Assembly: GCA_963844035.1 (NCBI GenBank) | Contig: CAWJMT010000004.1 | Location: 224,001-288,000 of the forward strand | Direction of reading: 5' to 3' | Source: an uncultured Gemmatimonadales bacterium | Lineage (GTDB): Bacteria > Gemmatimonadota > Gemmatimonadetes > Gemmatimonadales > GWC2-71-9 | DNA: 64,000 nucleotides | Shown here: positions 11,815 through 21,109 of the stretch, piece by piece | Layout of the letters: every line of letters starts with the position of its first letter | Position numbering within the stretch: position 1 is the first letter of the stretch | Notes under the pieces: model-generated | Database searches by the model: none | The model's input: the letters and a program-made list of their open reading frames with translations, nothing else | What the model was told of the DNA's origin: nothing | Program-made: the position numbers and the translations under genes

Positions 11815-12498
11815 ATGGGATCGCGCGACGTCGACGTCCGCGCTGCCTCGCGCCGGATGATCACTACCAGCGAGCGCGAGCTCCAGCGCATCGTACTCGA
11901 CATGCACGATGGGCCGGTGCAGGACATTTTCGCCGCCCTGTCGCAGCTGCAGGTGCTGGAGCGCGCGCTCGTGGCCGATCCTGAGTCGCACGAGCGGGCA
12001 CAGCAGGCCGTCGGCTTGCTGGAGCGGGCGCTCGCGGAGATCCGCAACTTTATCGGCGCCTTCCGGCCCCCGGGGTTCGAGCGACGGCCGCTCGAGGCCA
12101 TCATCGAAGGCCTGACGGTTCAGCACGAGACGCTCACGGACCAGACCGTGGAGCTCACGGTGCCGGAGGAGCTCTTTGACTGTGCCCTGTCGACCAAGAT
12201 CGCGATCTACCGGATCCTCCAGGAGGCGCTGGCGAACGGGCACCGCCACAGCGGAGCACCGCGCCAGCGCGTCAAGGTGGCGCAATACGGTCAGACCATC
12301 ACGCTCGTCGTGTCGGACGATGGGCGGGGGTTCGATCCCAAACGGGTACTGGCGCTCGAAGCGGATGTCGGGGTGGAAGGCGGGCATTTCGGCTTGCGGG
12401 GCATCCAGGATCGCGTCGCGATGCTGGGTGGAACGTTTGCGATCGAGAGCGCTCCAGGCGAGGGCACCGCGCTGACCGTTACGTTGCCAGCCGAGTGA
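11815..12498 (+). CDS. NarX/UhpB-type histidine kinase (HisKA_3 + HATPase) without a sensor domain
   Basis: ELQRIVLDMHDGPVQ, YRILQEALANGHRHS, DDGRGFD, GHFGLRGIQDRV; RBS GGGAGG before ATG 11815. Confidence 0.9.
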   Translation: MGSRDVDVRAASRRMITTSERELQRIVLDMHDGPVQDIFAALSQLQVLERALVADPESHERAQQAVGLLERALAEIRNFIGAFRPPGFERRPLEAIIEGLTVQHETLTDQTVELTVPEELFDCALSTKIAIYRILQEALANGHRHSGAPRQRVKVAQYGQTITLVVSDDGRGFDPKRVLALEADVGVEGGHFGLRGIQDRVAMLGGTFAIESAPGEGTALTVTLPAE

Positions 12499-13118
12499 CC
12501 TCGGTTCGCATGATCCGTGTGCTGCTCGCGGACGATCACGCGATCGTCCTCGAGGGCCTGCGCGCCCTGCTCGATGGCGAGCCGGGCCTGAAGGTCGTGG
12601 CAGCGACAACGGACGGCGCGGAAGTGGTCAAGCTGGTCGAGCAGCACAAACCCGACGTGGTGGTGCTCGACTTGGAGTTGGCCGGCATGAAGGGCACTGC
12701 GGTGCTCGCGGCGCTACGCGAGCGGCCCGACCCTCCCAAGGTCCTCGTGCTCACGGCGTACAACGACGGGGACGCGCTTCGCTCGGCGCTCGACGCCGGC
12801 GCCGACGGCCTGGCGCTCAAGACCGAATCGCCACAGCAAACCCTCACGGCCATCCGTCAGGTCTACAGTGGACAGCTCGTCTTCCCGCAGGCCGCCCGGC
12901 GGTGGATCGAAGGTCGCGGGGCCGGCGCGCCGGGGGAATTGACTCCGCGCGAACGCGAAGTCTGGGCGCTGATGGCGGCAGGGTTGAGCAATCCGCAGAT
13001 CGCCGAGCGGCTGGGGCTCTCGGAAAACACCGTCAAGTTCCACGTGCAGCATCTCTTCTCGAAACTCGGCGTGAAGAACCGCACCGAGGCGGCACTCAGG
13101 TTCGCGCGCGGCCGGTAG
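12495..13118 (+). CDS. NarL/LuxR family response regulator
   Basis: VLLADDH, PDVVVLDL, LTPREREV..GLSNPQIAERLGLSENTVKFHV. Confidence 0.95.
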   Translation: MTSVRMIRVLLADDHAIVLEGLRALLDGEPGLKVVAATTDGAEVVKLVEQHKPDVVVLDLELAGMKGTAVLAALRERPDPPKVLVLTAYNDGDALRSALDAGADGLALKTESPQQTLTAIRQVYSGQLVFPQAARRWIEGRGAGAPGELTPREREVWALMAAGLSNPQIAERLGLSENTVKFHVQHLFSKLGVKNRTEAALRFARGR

Positions 13119-13850
13119 CTGAGTAGATCAGGGTGGCCCAGCACCACCGGCTGCCCCGTTTTTCCACGCGAATCGACCCTTCCGCGGCCAGCGTTTCCAC
13201 CAGCGGGAAGTGCGCCAGGATCCCCTCGGTGAGCGGGTACCACTGCTCCTCCACCAATTCCACGGTCGCGAACCGGGCGCGGGCCGCGTCGAGCACCGCT
13301 GCCTCGCGCGACAGCGTGAGCACCGGGAAAATGAACCGACCCCCCGGGGTCAGGTAGTCCGGCGCTTGGGCGAGCACGTCGAGAATCCACCGCGTGCCGT
13401 CGCGGCCGGCGTCGCTCGGTACCCCCTCCGGGTACCAACCCGAAACGCTCGCCAACGGCTCCGCCACCCCCGCCACGTCGTCGACGATCAGGTCGAAAGA
13501 CGCTCCGGACCACGGCTCAAACAAACTCCCCCGGCGGCAGTCCACCTGCACGGCGTGACGGGACGCGTTCTGGCCGGCGAGGCGGACGGCCGATGCGCTC
13601 AGGTCGGATGCGCATACCTTCGCGCCCGGGAGGCCCTTGGCCAGGACCACCGCGACGATGCCGCAGCCGCAGCCCAGATCGAGCACGGAGCGGGGGTGGT
13701 GCGCGAGGGCGCGCCGGGCCGCTCGCAGCAACAGCACGGTGGTGGACGTAGGATAGAAGACGTCCGGGGCGGTGGCCACGCTGACGGCCTCGTGTGTCCC
13801 CGAGCTTCTTGTCGCGGTATGTGAATTCGCGCGACGACGCCGGCGGTCAT
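13096..13850 (-). CDS. class I SAM-dependent methyltransferase, PrmC/MTS-like (N-terminal frameshift ~13800)
   Basis: VFYPTSTT, VLDLGCGCG, ASDLS, GSLFEP, LTPGG. Confidence 0.85.
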
Positions 13851-14096
13851 GAGCCTCCGGACCACCGGCGTGAGGCGCCGGCATCGAGAGCGCCCGGTGC
13901 GCTACAGCCTGCAGTGGTGTGGCGGAATAGGCGCAGGTTTGGTTTCATCCCATTTCAGTCGCCGGATCGATCGGATGGCGTGAACCTGCCACGCGACGTC
14001 GTTGCCTGCGCAGCAGCGTGGGAATCTACGCCAAGCAATTCACAATTGCTGCACCCGGCCGGTCGCGCACCTCAGCGGGGTGCACGGATGTGCAAC

Positions 14097-14125
14097 TTGA
14101 CAGGTTCCCCTGGCGGCCATACCGT
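14097..14125 (+). promoter_or_regulatory. sigma70-type promoter of the DUF1097 gene
   Basis: TTGACA, 17-nt spacer, TACCGT. Confidence 0.55.
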
Positions 14126-14221
14126 CTCTCGGCTTTTTGCAGGCGCGACCGGACCACTCTCCGGACCGAGCGTTTTGCCGCTCTTCGCTTCTCTCGTCGT
14201 CGCCCTAGGAGGCTCAAGCGT

Positions 14222-14685
14222 ATGAACATGTTGCTGGCGTTGGCCCTTAGTGTCGGAGTACTGGTCGCGGTGTTTTACAAGGTCGCGTTCATGCTGAGCA
14301 TGTTGTGGTACGTCGGCCTGATCGGTTGGGCCTGCTTCATGGCCGCCGGTGGGAAACTGAACGGCTTGAAAAAAGCAGCCGTGGCGGGCTCGGAGGCATG
14401 TTCTGGGTGGCGGTCGCCGAAATGACCTCGCTCATGAGCGGCCAGATGCAGATGGAGTGGCTCTTCCTCGCCATTGCGGCATTCATGATCGTCCTCCAGT
14501 CGAGATTGTCCTGGTTCTCGTTCATACCGGCCGGCCTGGCCGGGGCAGCGGTCATCGCGGCGGGTGGGCCCGTGGGAATTTTCGACGCGGTCACCAATTT
14601 CAGACTCGGCGTGGTGTTCGTGCTCGGGACCATCATCGGGTTTATCGCCGAGTTGGCGACGGGGATGCTGGCGAAGAAGGCGTAA
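14222..14685 (+). CDS. DUF1097 (YcdZ-like) membrane protein (frameshift ~14390)
   Basis: AGGAGG RBS; WYVGLIGWACFMAAGG...GMFW...LSWFSFIPAGLAGAA. Confidence 0.8.
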
Positions 14686-14870
14686 CCGACCGGGCGCTGG
14701 GCGCCGCGGGGTCACCGCGCGCCCAGACCCTAGGTCCATCTCGACGAAGCAACTCCCACCTCGATCCAGCAGGCGTCGCCGCCTGAGCGATCACTCCCGA
14801 GCGACGGGTGTAGGTTGTAGGGAACCCCAGGATTCATGAATCTCCGAGTTACGGCTTGCAAGGAGCCACG

Positions 14871-16032
14871 ATGGCCGTAGTCGCCGCCGCTCGCGTGGGC
14901 GCCGAGCCACACCCCGCACCAGCTCCCTACTACCTCGTCGCCAGCGCCTTCGCCGCGTTCAGCGTCGTGGTGGGCGTGGTCTGGGACATTTCCTGGCACC
15001 GCTCGATCGGCCGGGACACGTTCTGGACGCCCGCCCACATGGCCATCTACCTGGGAGGCGTCGTCGCCGGCGCATCGTGCGGCTGGCTCGTGCTGCGTAC
15101 GACGTTTGCGCCGGCGCCGGGAGAAGACGCGACCGGCGTGCGCTTCTGGGGGTTCCGCGGGCCGCTGGGTGCGTGGGTGTGCATCTGGGGCGCGATCGCG
15201 ATGATCACGTCCGCTCCGCTCGACAACTGGTGGCACAACGCGTACGGCCTCGACGTTCAGGTGCTGTCACCCCCGCACACGGTGCTCGCCCTCGGGATAT
15301 TCGGAATCCAGTTCGGCGCGCTGCTCCTCGCGCTGGCGGAGCAGAATCGCAACGCACGTGAGCCGGGGCGTTCATACGGCGTGCTGGTCGCCTGCCTCGC
15401 GGGGGTGGTCATCCAGAACGCCTCGATCCTCGGGCTCGAGCAAATCGGTTTCGCGAATGCCGCCCACAGGTCGCTCTACTACAAGGTCGGCGCTGCTGTA
15501 TTTACGACCGCGCTCGTCGCGGCCGGACGAGCCGCGCGGATCCGCTGGGCGGCGACCACGGCGGCAGCGGCATACATGGCGATTTCGCTCATCATGATCT
15601 GGATCCTGCAGCTCTTCCCCGCCACCCCGATGCTCGCACCGGTGTTCAACCCGATCTCGCACATGGTCTCGCCCCCGTTCCCGCTGCTGCTCGTGATCCC
15701 CGCGATGGCGATCGACTTGCTGTTCGAGCATGCGCGGCAAGGTCGGCGACTGGTGGCTGGCCGTTCTCACCGGTTTCGGGTTCCTGGCGGCGTTCGTCGT
15801 CACACAGTGGTTCTTCGCCGACTTCCTGCTCTCGGAACACGCGCGGAACTTCTTTTTCGGCGTGGACCAGTGGGACTATTCCAGCCACCTCGGGCCATGG
15901 CGCTACCGGTTCTGGCGGGTCGACGCTGATCCCGCCACGCCCCGTGGCTTCGCCTGGGCGGCGTTGATCGCGGTCCTGGCGGCGCGCGTGGGGCTGTGGT
16001 GCGGAACGTGGATGGCCAGGATCAAACGATGA
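14871..16032 (+). CDS. polytopic membrane protein with PmoC/AmoC-like metal motifs and a PmoA-like C-terminal half (frameshift ~15730)
   Basis: WDISWHRSIGRDTFWTPAH and LDNWWHNAYGLDVQVLSPPH; about 10 hydrophobic segments; AAGGAG RBS. Confidence 0.75.
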
Positions 16033-17548
16033 GGCCTCGCGGCCGCCAGCTGCTCCTCGTCGTGGCGGTCGTGCTGTTCAGCTCGGCCCACGTGGGCAGC
16101 CCCGATACGTATTTCGAGGGCACCGCAGGACCCTACCCGGTACGGGTCATCATACGCAGTCCGGGAGTGGTGCCCGGGCTGGCGCAGATCAGCGTGCGAC
16201 TGCTGGGGCGGGGCCCGGTCCGCCGCGTCCTCGTGCTCCCGGTCTTCTGGGACCCCAAGACCGCAGCGCCGCCGCCGCCTGATGTCGCGAAACCCGTTCC
16301 CGGAGACTCCTCGCTCTACAGCGCATCGCTGTGGCTGATGCGCGAAGGAGCCTACAGCGTGGAGGTGACCGTCGAAGGGGCGCAGGGGTCGGGCAGCACC
16401 CTGGTTCCCCTGACGGCGGTCGCGACCCAGCGGCTCGAGCTGCGAGCTCCGCTCGGCGCGCTGCTGGTTGGCCTCGGCGCCCTGCTGTTCGCGGGCGCGG
16501 TCACCCTGATCGCGGCGGCCGCGCGCGAAAGCACGCTCGACCCGGGCACTACGCCCACAGGCAAGGACAGGCGTCGCGCGCGCTTCGCGGCAGCGGGGGG
16601 CACGGTGCTGTTGGCGCTCGCCCTGCTGGGTGGAAAGGCCTGGTGGAACGCGGTGGATGCGGAGCACCGCAGCGGGTTGTTTCGCCCGATGCATGCGACC
16701 GCCACGCTCCGCACCGGTGGCGAGAATCCGGGCCTCTGGCTCGCCATCGACGATCCCGCCTGGCTTGATCCCCGACGCCAGCAGGCACCCCTCATCCCGG
16801 ACCACGGTCACCTGATGCATCTCTTCCTGGTGCGGGACTCGGGGCTGGCGGCGTTCGCCCACCTGCATCCGTTGCCCCGCGGCGTCGCTCTGTTCGCGAC
16901 CGCGCCGCCACCGCTCCCGGCAGGCCGGTACCGTGTCTATGCGGACATCGTCCACGAGAGTGGGTTCACGCAAACGCTGGTCAGCACGGTGGAACTCCCG
17001 GCGCCGAGCACGTGGCGTGCGGCGGACCCGGATGATTCGTGGATCGTCCTGGGGACGGGGGACGGGGGACGGGGGACGGGTACTGACGCGCGGCCCTAGC
17101 CGACGGATCGACGATGACCTGGCGGCGCGGTGCGGGCCCAATCGTCGTGAACCAGGATGCGCAGCTCGCATTCGCCGTCTCGACCCCAAACGGCGCACCC
17201 GCGACGCTCGAGCCGTACATGGGAATGGCCGGACATCTCGTGCTCACGCGGGACGACGGGGCGGTCTTCGTGCACCTCCATCCCGCGGGCACGATCTCGC
17301 TCGCGGCACAGGAGACCTTCGAGTTGCGCCAGCCCGGTGACACGATCCCCGGGGCGCTCGCGAAGCGACTGACGGAGCGCGAGCACGGTGACGCGATGCA
17401 CCGGGCCATGCCCCCCTCCCCCGGCGTGGTCTCGTTTCCGTACGCATTTCCGCAACCCGGCAACTATCGGATGTGGGTGCAGGTCAAGCGCGGCGGCAGG
17501 ATCCTGACAGGCGTGTTCGACGTGGTGGTGCAGAAGACGGGGAGCTGA
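16029..17548 (+). CDS. membrane-anchored His-rich putative copper-binding protein (frameshift ~17060-17110)
   Basis: Signal peptide ending SSA|HVGSP; 2 central TM helices; DHGHLMHLF, AHLHP, YMGMAGHL, VHLHP motifs; ATGA overlap with the upstream gene. Confidence 0.75.
17051..17080 (+). repeat. GGGGGAC heptamer tandem repeat (about 4 copies) inside a CDS
   Basis: ggggac gggggac gggggac gggggac ggg. Confidence 0.85.
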
Positions 17549-17555
17549 CCAGGCG

Positions 17556-18090
17556 CTACCGAATGATAGTAGGGCGCCGGATGACGCAGGCCGCCCTCGG
17601 GCGTCCTGATCGCCAGGTCGAGCGAATCGGCGTCCCACACGACGATCGTCACGAGGTCGCTCCCCGGCCGCGAACGTCCTGAGGTCCAATCCGGAGAGCG
17701 CCCGCTCTTTGATGGCGCGGCCTTCGAAACCGAGACGATACGGGTGCGTGTGCCACACCCCGATGACACCTGGGACCTGGCTGCAATCCCCGGTTGACCG
17801 AGTTTTCCCGACGCCTCACACCGGCCGCCGGCGCGAGGTGGCGCACCCGGAGCGTGTCACCGGCATGTCGCCGGTCAGGCAGCCGAGGTACGCGCGAGTC
17901 GGCCTGACCGGCGTTCAACCGTGACGTCGAGCTCCACGTCGCGTCGTTCCAGTTGAGGTTGCTCTGTCGACCAGATGGCGGACATCGAGTCCCAAATCGC
18001 GCTGGGGAGCAGGACGACGGTGACCGGCCGCGCCGGTTCCTGCGCGGCCGCCGCGCTCCACACCAGGAGCAGGGCTGCCGCCGCCCTCAT
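17556..18090 (-). CDS. secreted hypothetical protein with a JAB/MPN-like HTH..SxxD motif (several frameshifts)
   Basis: Signal MRAAAALLLVWSAAAA; pieces YLGCLTG, VIGVWHTHP...ALSGLDL, TIVVWD. Confidence 0.5.
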
Positions 18091-18637
18091 CGCCGCAGCC
18101 GCGCATACGTGCCCATCACCTGGGCCGTGGCGAGCACGTCGGCTGCCCATGGCCTGCTCGACCTCCCCCTTGGACGCGCCGGGCTTGAGCCCGAGCGGCG
18201 CGGCGAGCGCGTACAGCTTGAAGAAGTAGCGGTGCGCCGGCCCGGGGGCGGGCAGGGGCCGCCATAGCCGAGTTTGCGGAAGTCGTTCTTCCCCTGCACC
18301 GCGCCGCCGAGCTCCCGCGGCGCTTCCACCTTGGAAACGTTCTCCGGGATACCGTCGAGCGATGCGGGCACGTCGTAGAGCACCCAGTGAACCCACGTGC
18401 GCCCGGGGGCGTCAGGATCGTCAGCGATCAGCACGAGCGCGCCGGCGTCAGCGGGCACGCCCTTCCAGCTGAGCGGTGGAGAATGGTCGGCGCCGTCGCA
18501 CGTGTAGACCACGGGGATCGGCGCGCCCTCCTTGAAGGCGGTGCTCGTCAGCGAGAGCCCCACGCGTCCCTCCCGGGTTGCGGCGAGCAAAAAAATAACC
18601 AGGCGACGCGCGGAGAGACGGTGGGATGCGCCCGCAC
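18087..18637 (-). CDS. YbhB/YbcL family PEBP (Raf kinase inhibitor-like) protein (frameshifts)
   Basis: LTSTAF, YTCDGADHSPPLSW, DDPDAP..WVHW, GYGGPCPP, HRYFFKLYAL. Confidence 0.9.
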
Positions 18638-18661
18638 ACGGTTCGTTGTAGTCTTGACCCC

Positions 18662-19577
18662 ATGAACGATCGGCAGCATCCGGCGATCTACAAGATCGGG
18701 TTGGTCCAGATGGCGATGTCCCCCGATCCGGAGCAGAACCTCCGCACGGCCGTGGCCCGCGTGGGAGAAGCCGGCGCGGCGGGTGCGCGCCTCGTTTGCC
18801 TCCCTGAATTATTCCGGTCGCAGTACTTCGCGCAGCGGGAGGACGCGGCGCTGTTCGATCTCGCCGAGCCCGTTCCCGGTCCCAGCACCGAGGCCCTGGG
18901 CCGCGCCGCGAAGCAAGCCGGCGTCGTCGTGATCGCCCCCGTGTTCGAGCGACGCGCGCCCGGGCTCTATCACAACAGCGCGGCCGTGATCGACGCCGAC
19001 GGCAGCCTCGTGGGCCTGTATCGCAAGATGCACATCCCCGACGACCCGGCCTACTACGAGAAGTTCTACTTCACGCCGGGCGATCTCGGGTTTCGCGTGT
19101 TCGACACCCGCGTCGGACGTATCGGCACGCTGGTCTGCTGGGATCAATGGTATCCCGAGGGCGCGCGCCTCACCGCGCTTCAGGGGGCTCACATCCTCCT
19201 CTATCCGACCGCCATCGGATGGCATCCTGCCGAGAAAGCGACTCACGGCGCCGCACAGCTCGACGCGTGGCGCACGATCCAGCGCAGCCACGCCATCGCC
19301 AACGGGGTGTACGTGGCGGCGGTAAACCGGGTGGGCCACGAGCGCCCGGCGACCGGGGCCGACGGGATTGAGTTCTGGGGCAATTCGTTTCTCGCCGATC
19401 CGTTCGGCAGCCGTGGTAGCGCAAGCGCCGGCGGATCGGGAGGCGGTCGTGGTGCACGAGGTGAATCTCGCGCGCATCGAGGAGGTCCGCCGCGGCTGGC
19501 CGTTCCTGCGGGACCGGCGGATCGATGCGTATGGCGGGATCGTGGAGCGGTTCCTCGATGCGAGACGCCTGCCGTGA
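18662..19577 (+). CDS. aguB: N-carbamoylputrescine amidase (carbon-nitrogen hydrolase; frameshift ~19410)
   Basis: CLPELF, YRKMHIPDDP.YYEKFYF, VCWDQWYPE, PTAIGW, WPFLRDRR; adjacent to agmatine deiminase. Confidence 0.88.
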
Positions 19578-19595
19578 AACTGACGCTGACGTCTG

Positions 19596-20645
19596 ATGTC
19601 TGACGGCTTCGTCATGCCCGCCGAGTGGGAGCCGCACCACGCCACCTGGATCGGCTGGCCGCACAACGCGACCGACTGGCCGGGGAAGATCGCCGTGATC
19701 CCGTTCGTGTACGGCGAGATCGTACGGCGGCTCGCGCCCGGCGAGGTGGTCCGGATCCTCGTCAACTCCGCCCAACACGAAGGCCAGGCACGCCGCCTGC
19801 TGGCGCGTGTCGGCGTCGCGCTCGATCGGGTCGACTTTCTGCGGTTCCCCACCAACCGCGGCTGGACGCGCGACTTCGGGCCATGCTTCGTGCGGCGCGC
19901 GGGGCCGCCCGCCGAGCTCGCGATTGCGCGCTTCCGCTTCAACGGCTGGGCCAAGTACCGCAACTGGGCCAAGGACGACCGCATCCCCGAGCGCGCGGCG
20001 CGGCACCTCAAACTGCCCTTGCTCCGCGCCCGGGCCGGGGACCGCGACGTGGTGCTCGAGGGCGGGAGCATCGATGTGAACGGCCGCGGCACGTTGCTCA
20101 CCACCGAGGAGTGCCTGCTCGATCGCGCCGTCCAGGTCCGCAACCCCGGGCTCGGCCGCAAGGAGCTCGAGCAGGTACTGCATGCGTCGCTGGGCGTGAC
20201 CAACGTCCTCTGGCTTGGGGCCGGCATCGCTGGTGACGACACCCATGGACACGTGGACGATCTGTGCCGCTTTGTGGATCCGCACACCGTCGTCCTATGC
20301 CGTGAAGCCGATCCCAAGGACGCGAACTACCGGCCGCTCGAGGAAAACCGCGAGCGGCTCGAAGGGATGCATCTCCAGGATGGGACGAAGGTCGAAGTGG
20401 TTTCCATCCCCATGCCCGCCCCGGTGTACTTCGAGGGTCAACGACTGCCGGCGAGCTATGCGAATTTCTACATCGGCAACGCGGCCGTGTTGGTGCCGAC
20501 CTTCAACGACCCCAACGACCGTGTGGCACTCGGGATTCTCGCTGAGTTGTTCACCGATCGGCCAGTGATCGGCATCCATGCCGTTGATCTGGTGTGGGGA
20601 CTCGGCACGATTCACTGCCTCACGCAGCAGGAGCCGGAACTCTAG
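19596..20645 (+). CDS. aguA: agmatine deiminase
   Basis: MPAEWEPH, WTRDFGP, LEGGSI, DDTHGHVD, ASYANF, GTIHCLTQQ. Confidence 0.93.
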   Translation: MSDGFVMPAEWEPHHATWIGWPHNATDWPGKIAVIPFVYGEIVRRLAPGEVVRILVNSAQHEGQARRLLARVGVALDRVDFLRFPTNRGWTRDFGPCFVRRAGPPAELAIARFRFNGWAKYRNWAKDDRIPERAARHLKLPLLRARAGDRDVVLEGGSIDVNGRGTLLTTEECLLDRAVQVRNPGLGRKELEQVLHASLGVTNVLWLGAGIAGDDTHGHVDDLCRFVDPHTVVLCREADPKDANYRPLEENRERLEGMHLQDGTKVEVVSIPMPAPVYFEGQRLPASYANFYIGNAAVLVPTFNDPNDRVALGILAELFTDRPVIGIHAVDLVWGLGTIHCLTQQEPEL

Positions 20646-21109
20646 GCGACGGCCGTCGGTGGCAACTCGACGATCTCCAGCCAGTAGCGGCCCAGCACGT
20701 TCATGGCTTCCACGAACCCCGCGAACGTAACCGGCTTCGTAATGAAGGAGTTCACGCCCAGCTGGTAGCTTCGGACGATGTCCTCGTCGAGCCGTGACGT
20801 GGAGAGCACGACGACCGGAATGTCGTGCAGGGTCTTGTCTCCCTTGATCACCTTCAGGGCCTCGCGCCCATCCATCTTCGGCATGTTGAGATCGAGCAGG
20901 ATCAATCCGGGGCGCGGGGCTTTGCCCGTCTCGCCCGCGTACTCGCCGCGCTGGTAGAGGTAGTCGAGCAACTGTTCGCCGTCCTCGACGAATTGCACGT
21001 TGTTCGATATGTGTGCGTCGTCGAGAGCGCGCTGCGTGAGCAGCCGGTCGTCCTCATCGTCGTCGCAGATGAGAATCGTGATCGGGATCGTGTTCTTCGT
21101 TTGCATCAT
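20642..21109 (-). CDS. single-domain response regulator (Rcp1-like)
   Basis: ILICDDDEDD, LILLDLNMPKMDGREAL, IPVVVLSTS, NSFITKP. Confidence 0.92.
   Translation of the reverse strand: MMQTKNTIPITILICDDDEDDRLLTQRALDDAHISNNVQFVEDGEQLLDYLYQRGEYAGETGKAPRPGLILLDLNMPKMDGREALKVIKGDKTLHDIPVVVLSTSRLDEDIVRSYQLGVNSFITKPVTFAGFVEAMNVLGRYWLEIVELPPTAVA

Noticed and set aside
14871..17548. Calling these genes pmoC/pmoA/pmoB or amoCAB
   Set aside because: Similarity is limited to motifs and architecture. The PmoB HxH ligand pair is missing from the first domain and no methanotrophy or nitrification genes are in the window.
19579..19605. Short (T)CTGACG-like repeats between aguB and aguA
   Set aside because: Too short and degenerate to support a function.
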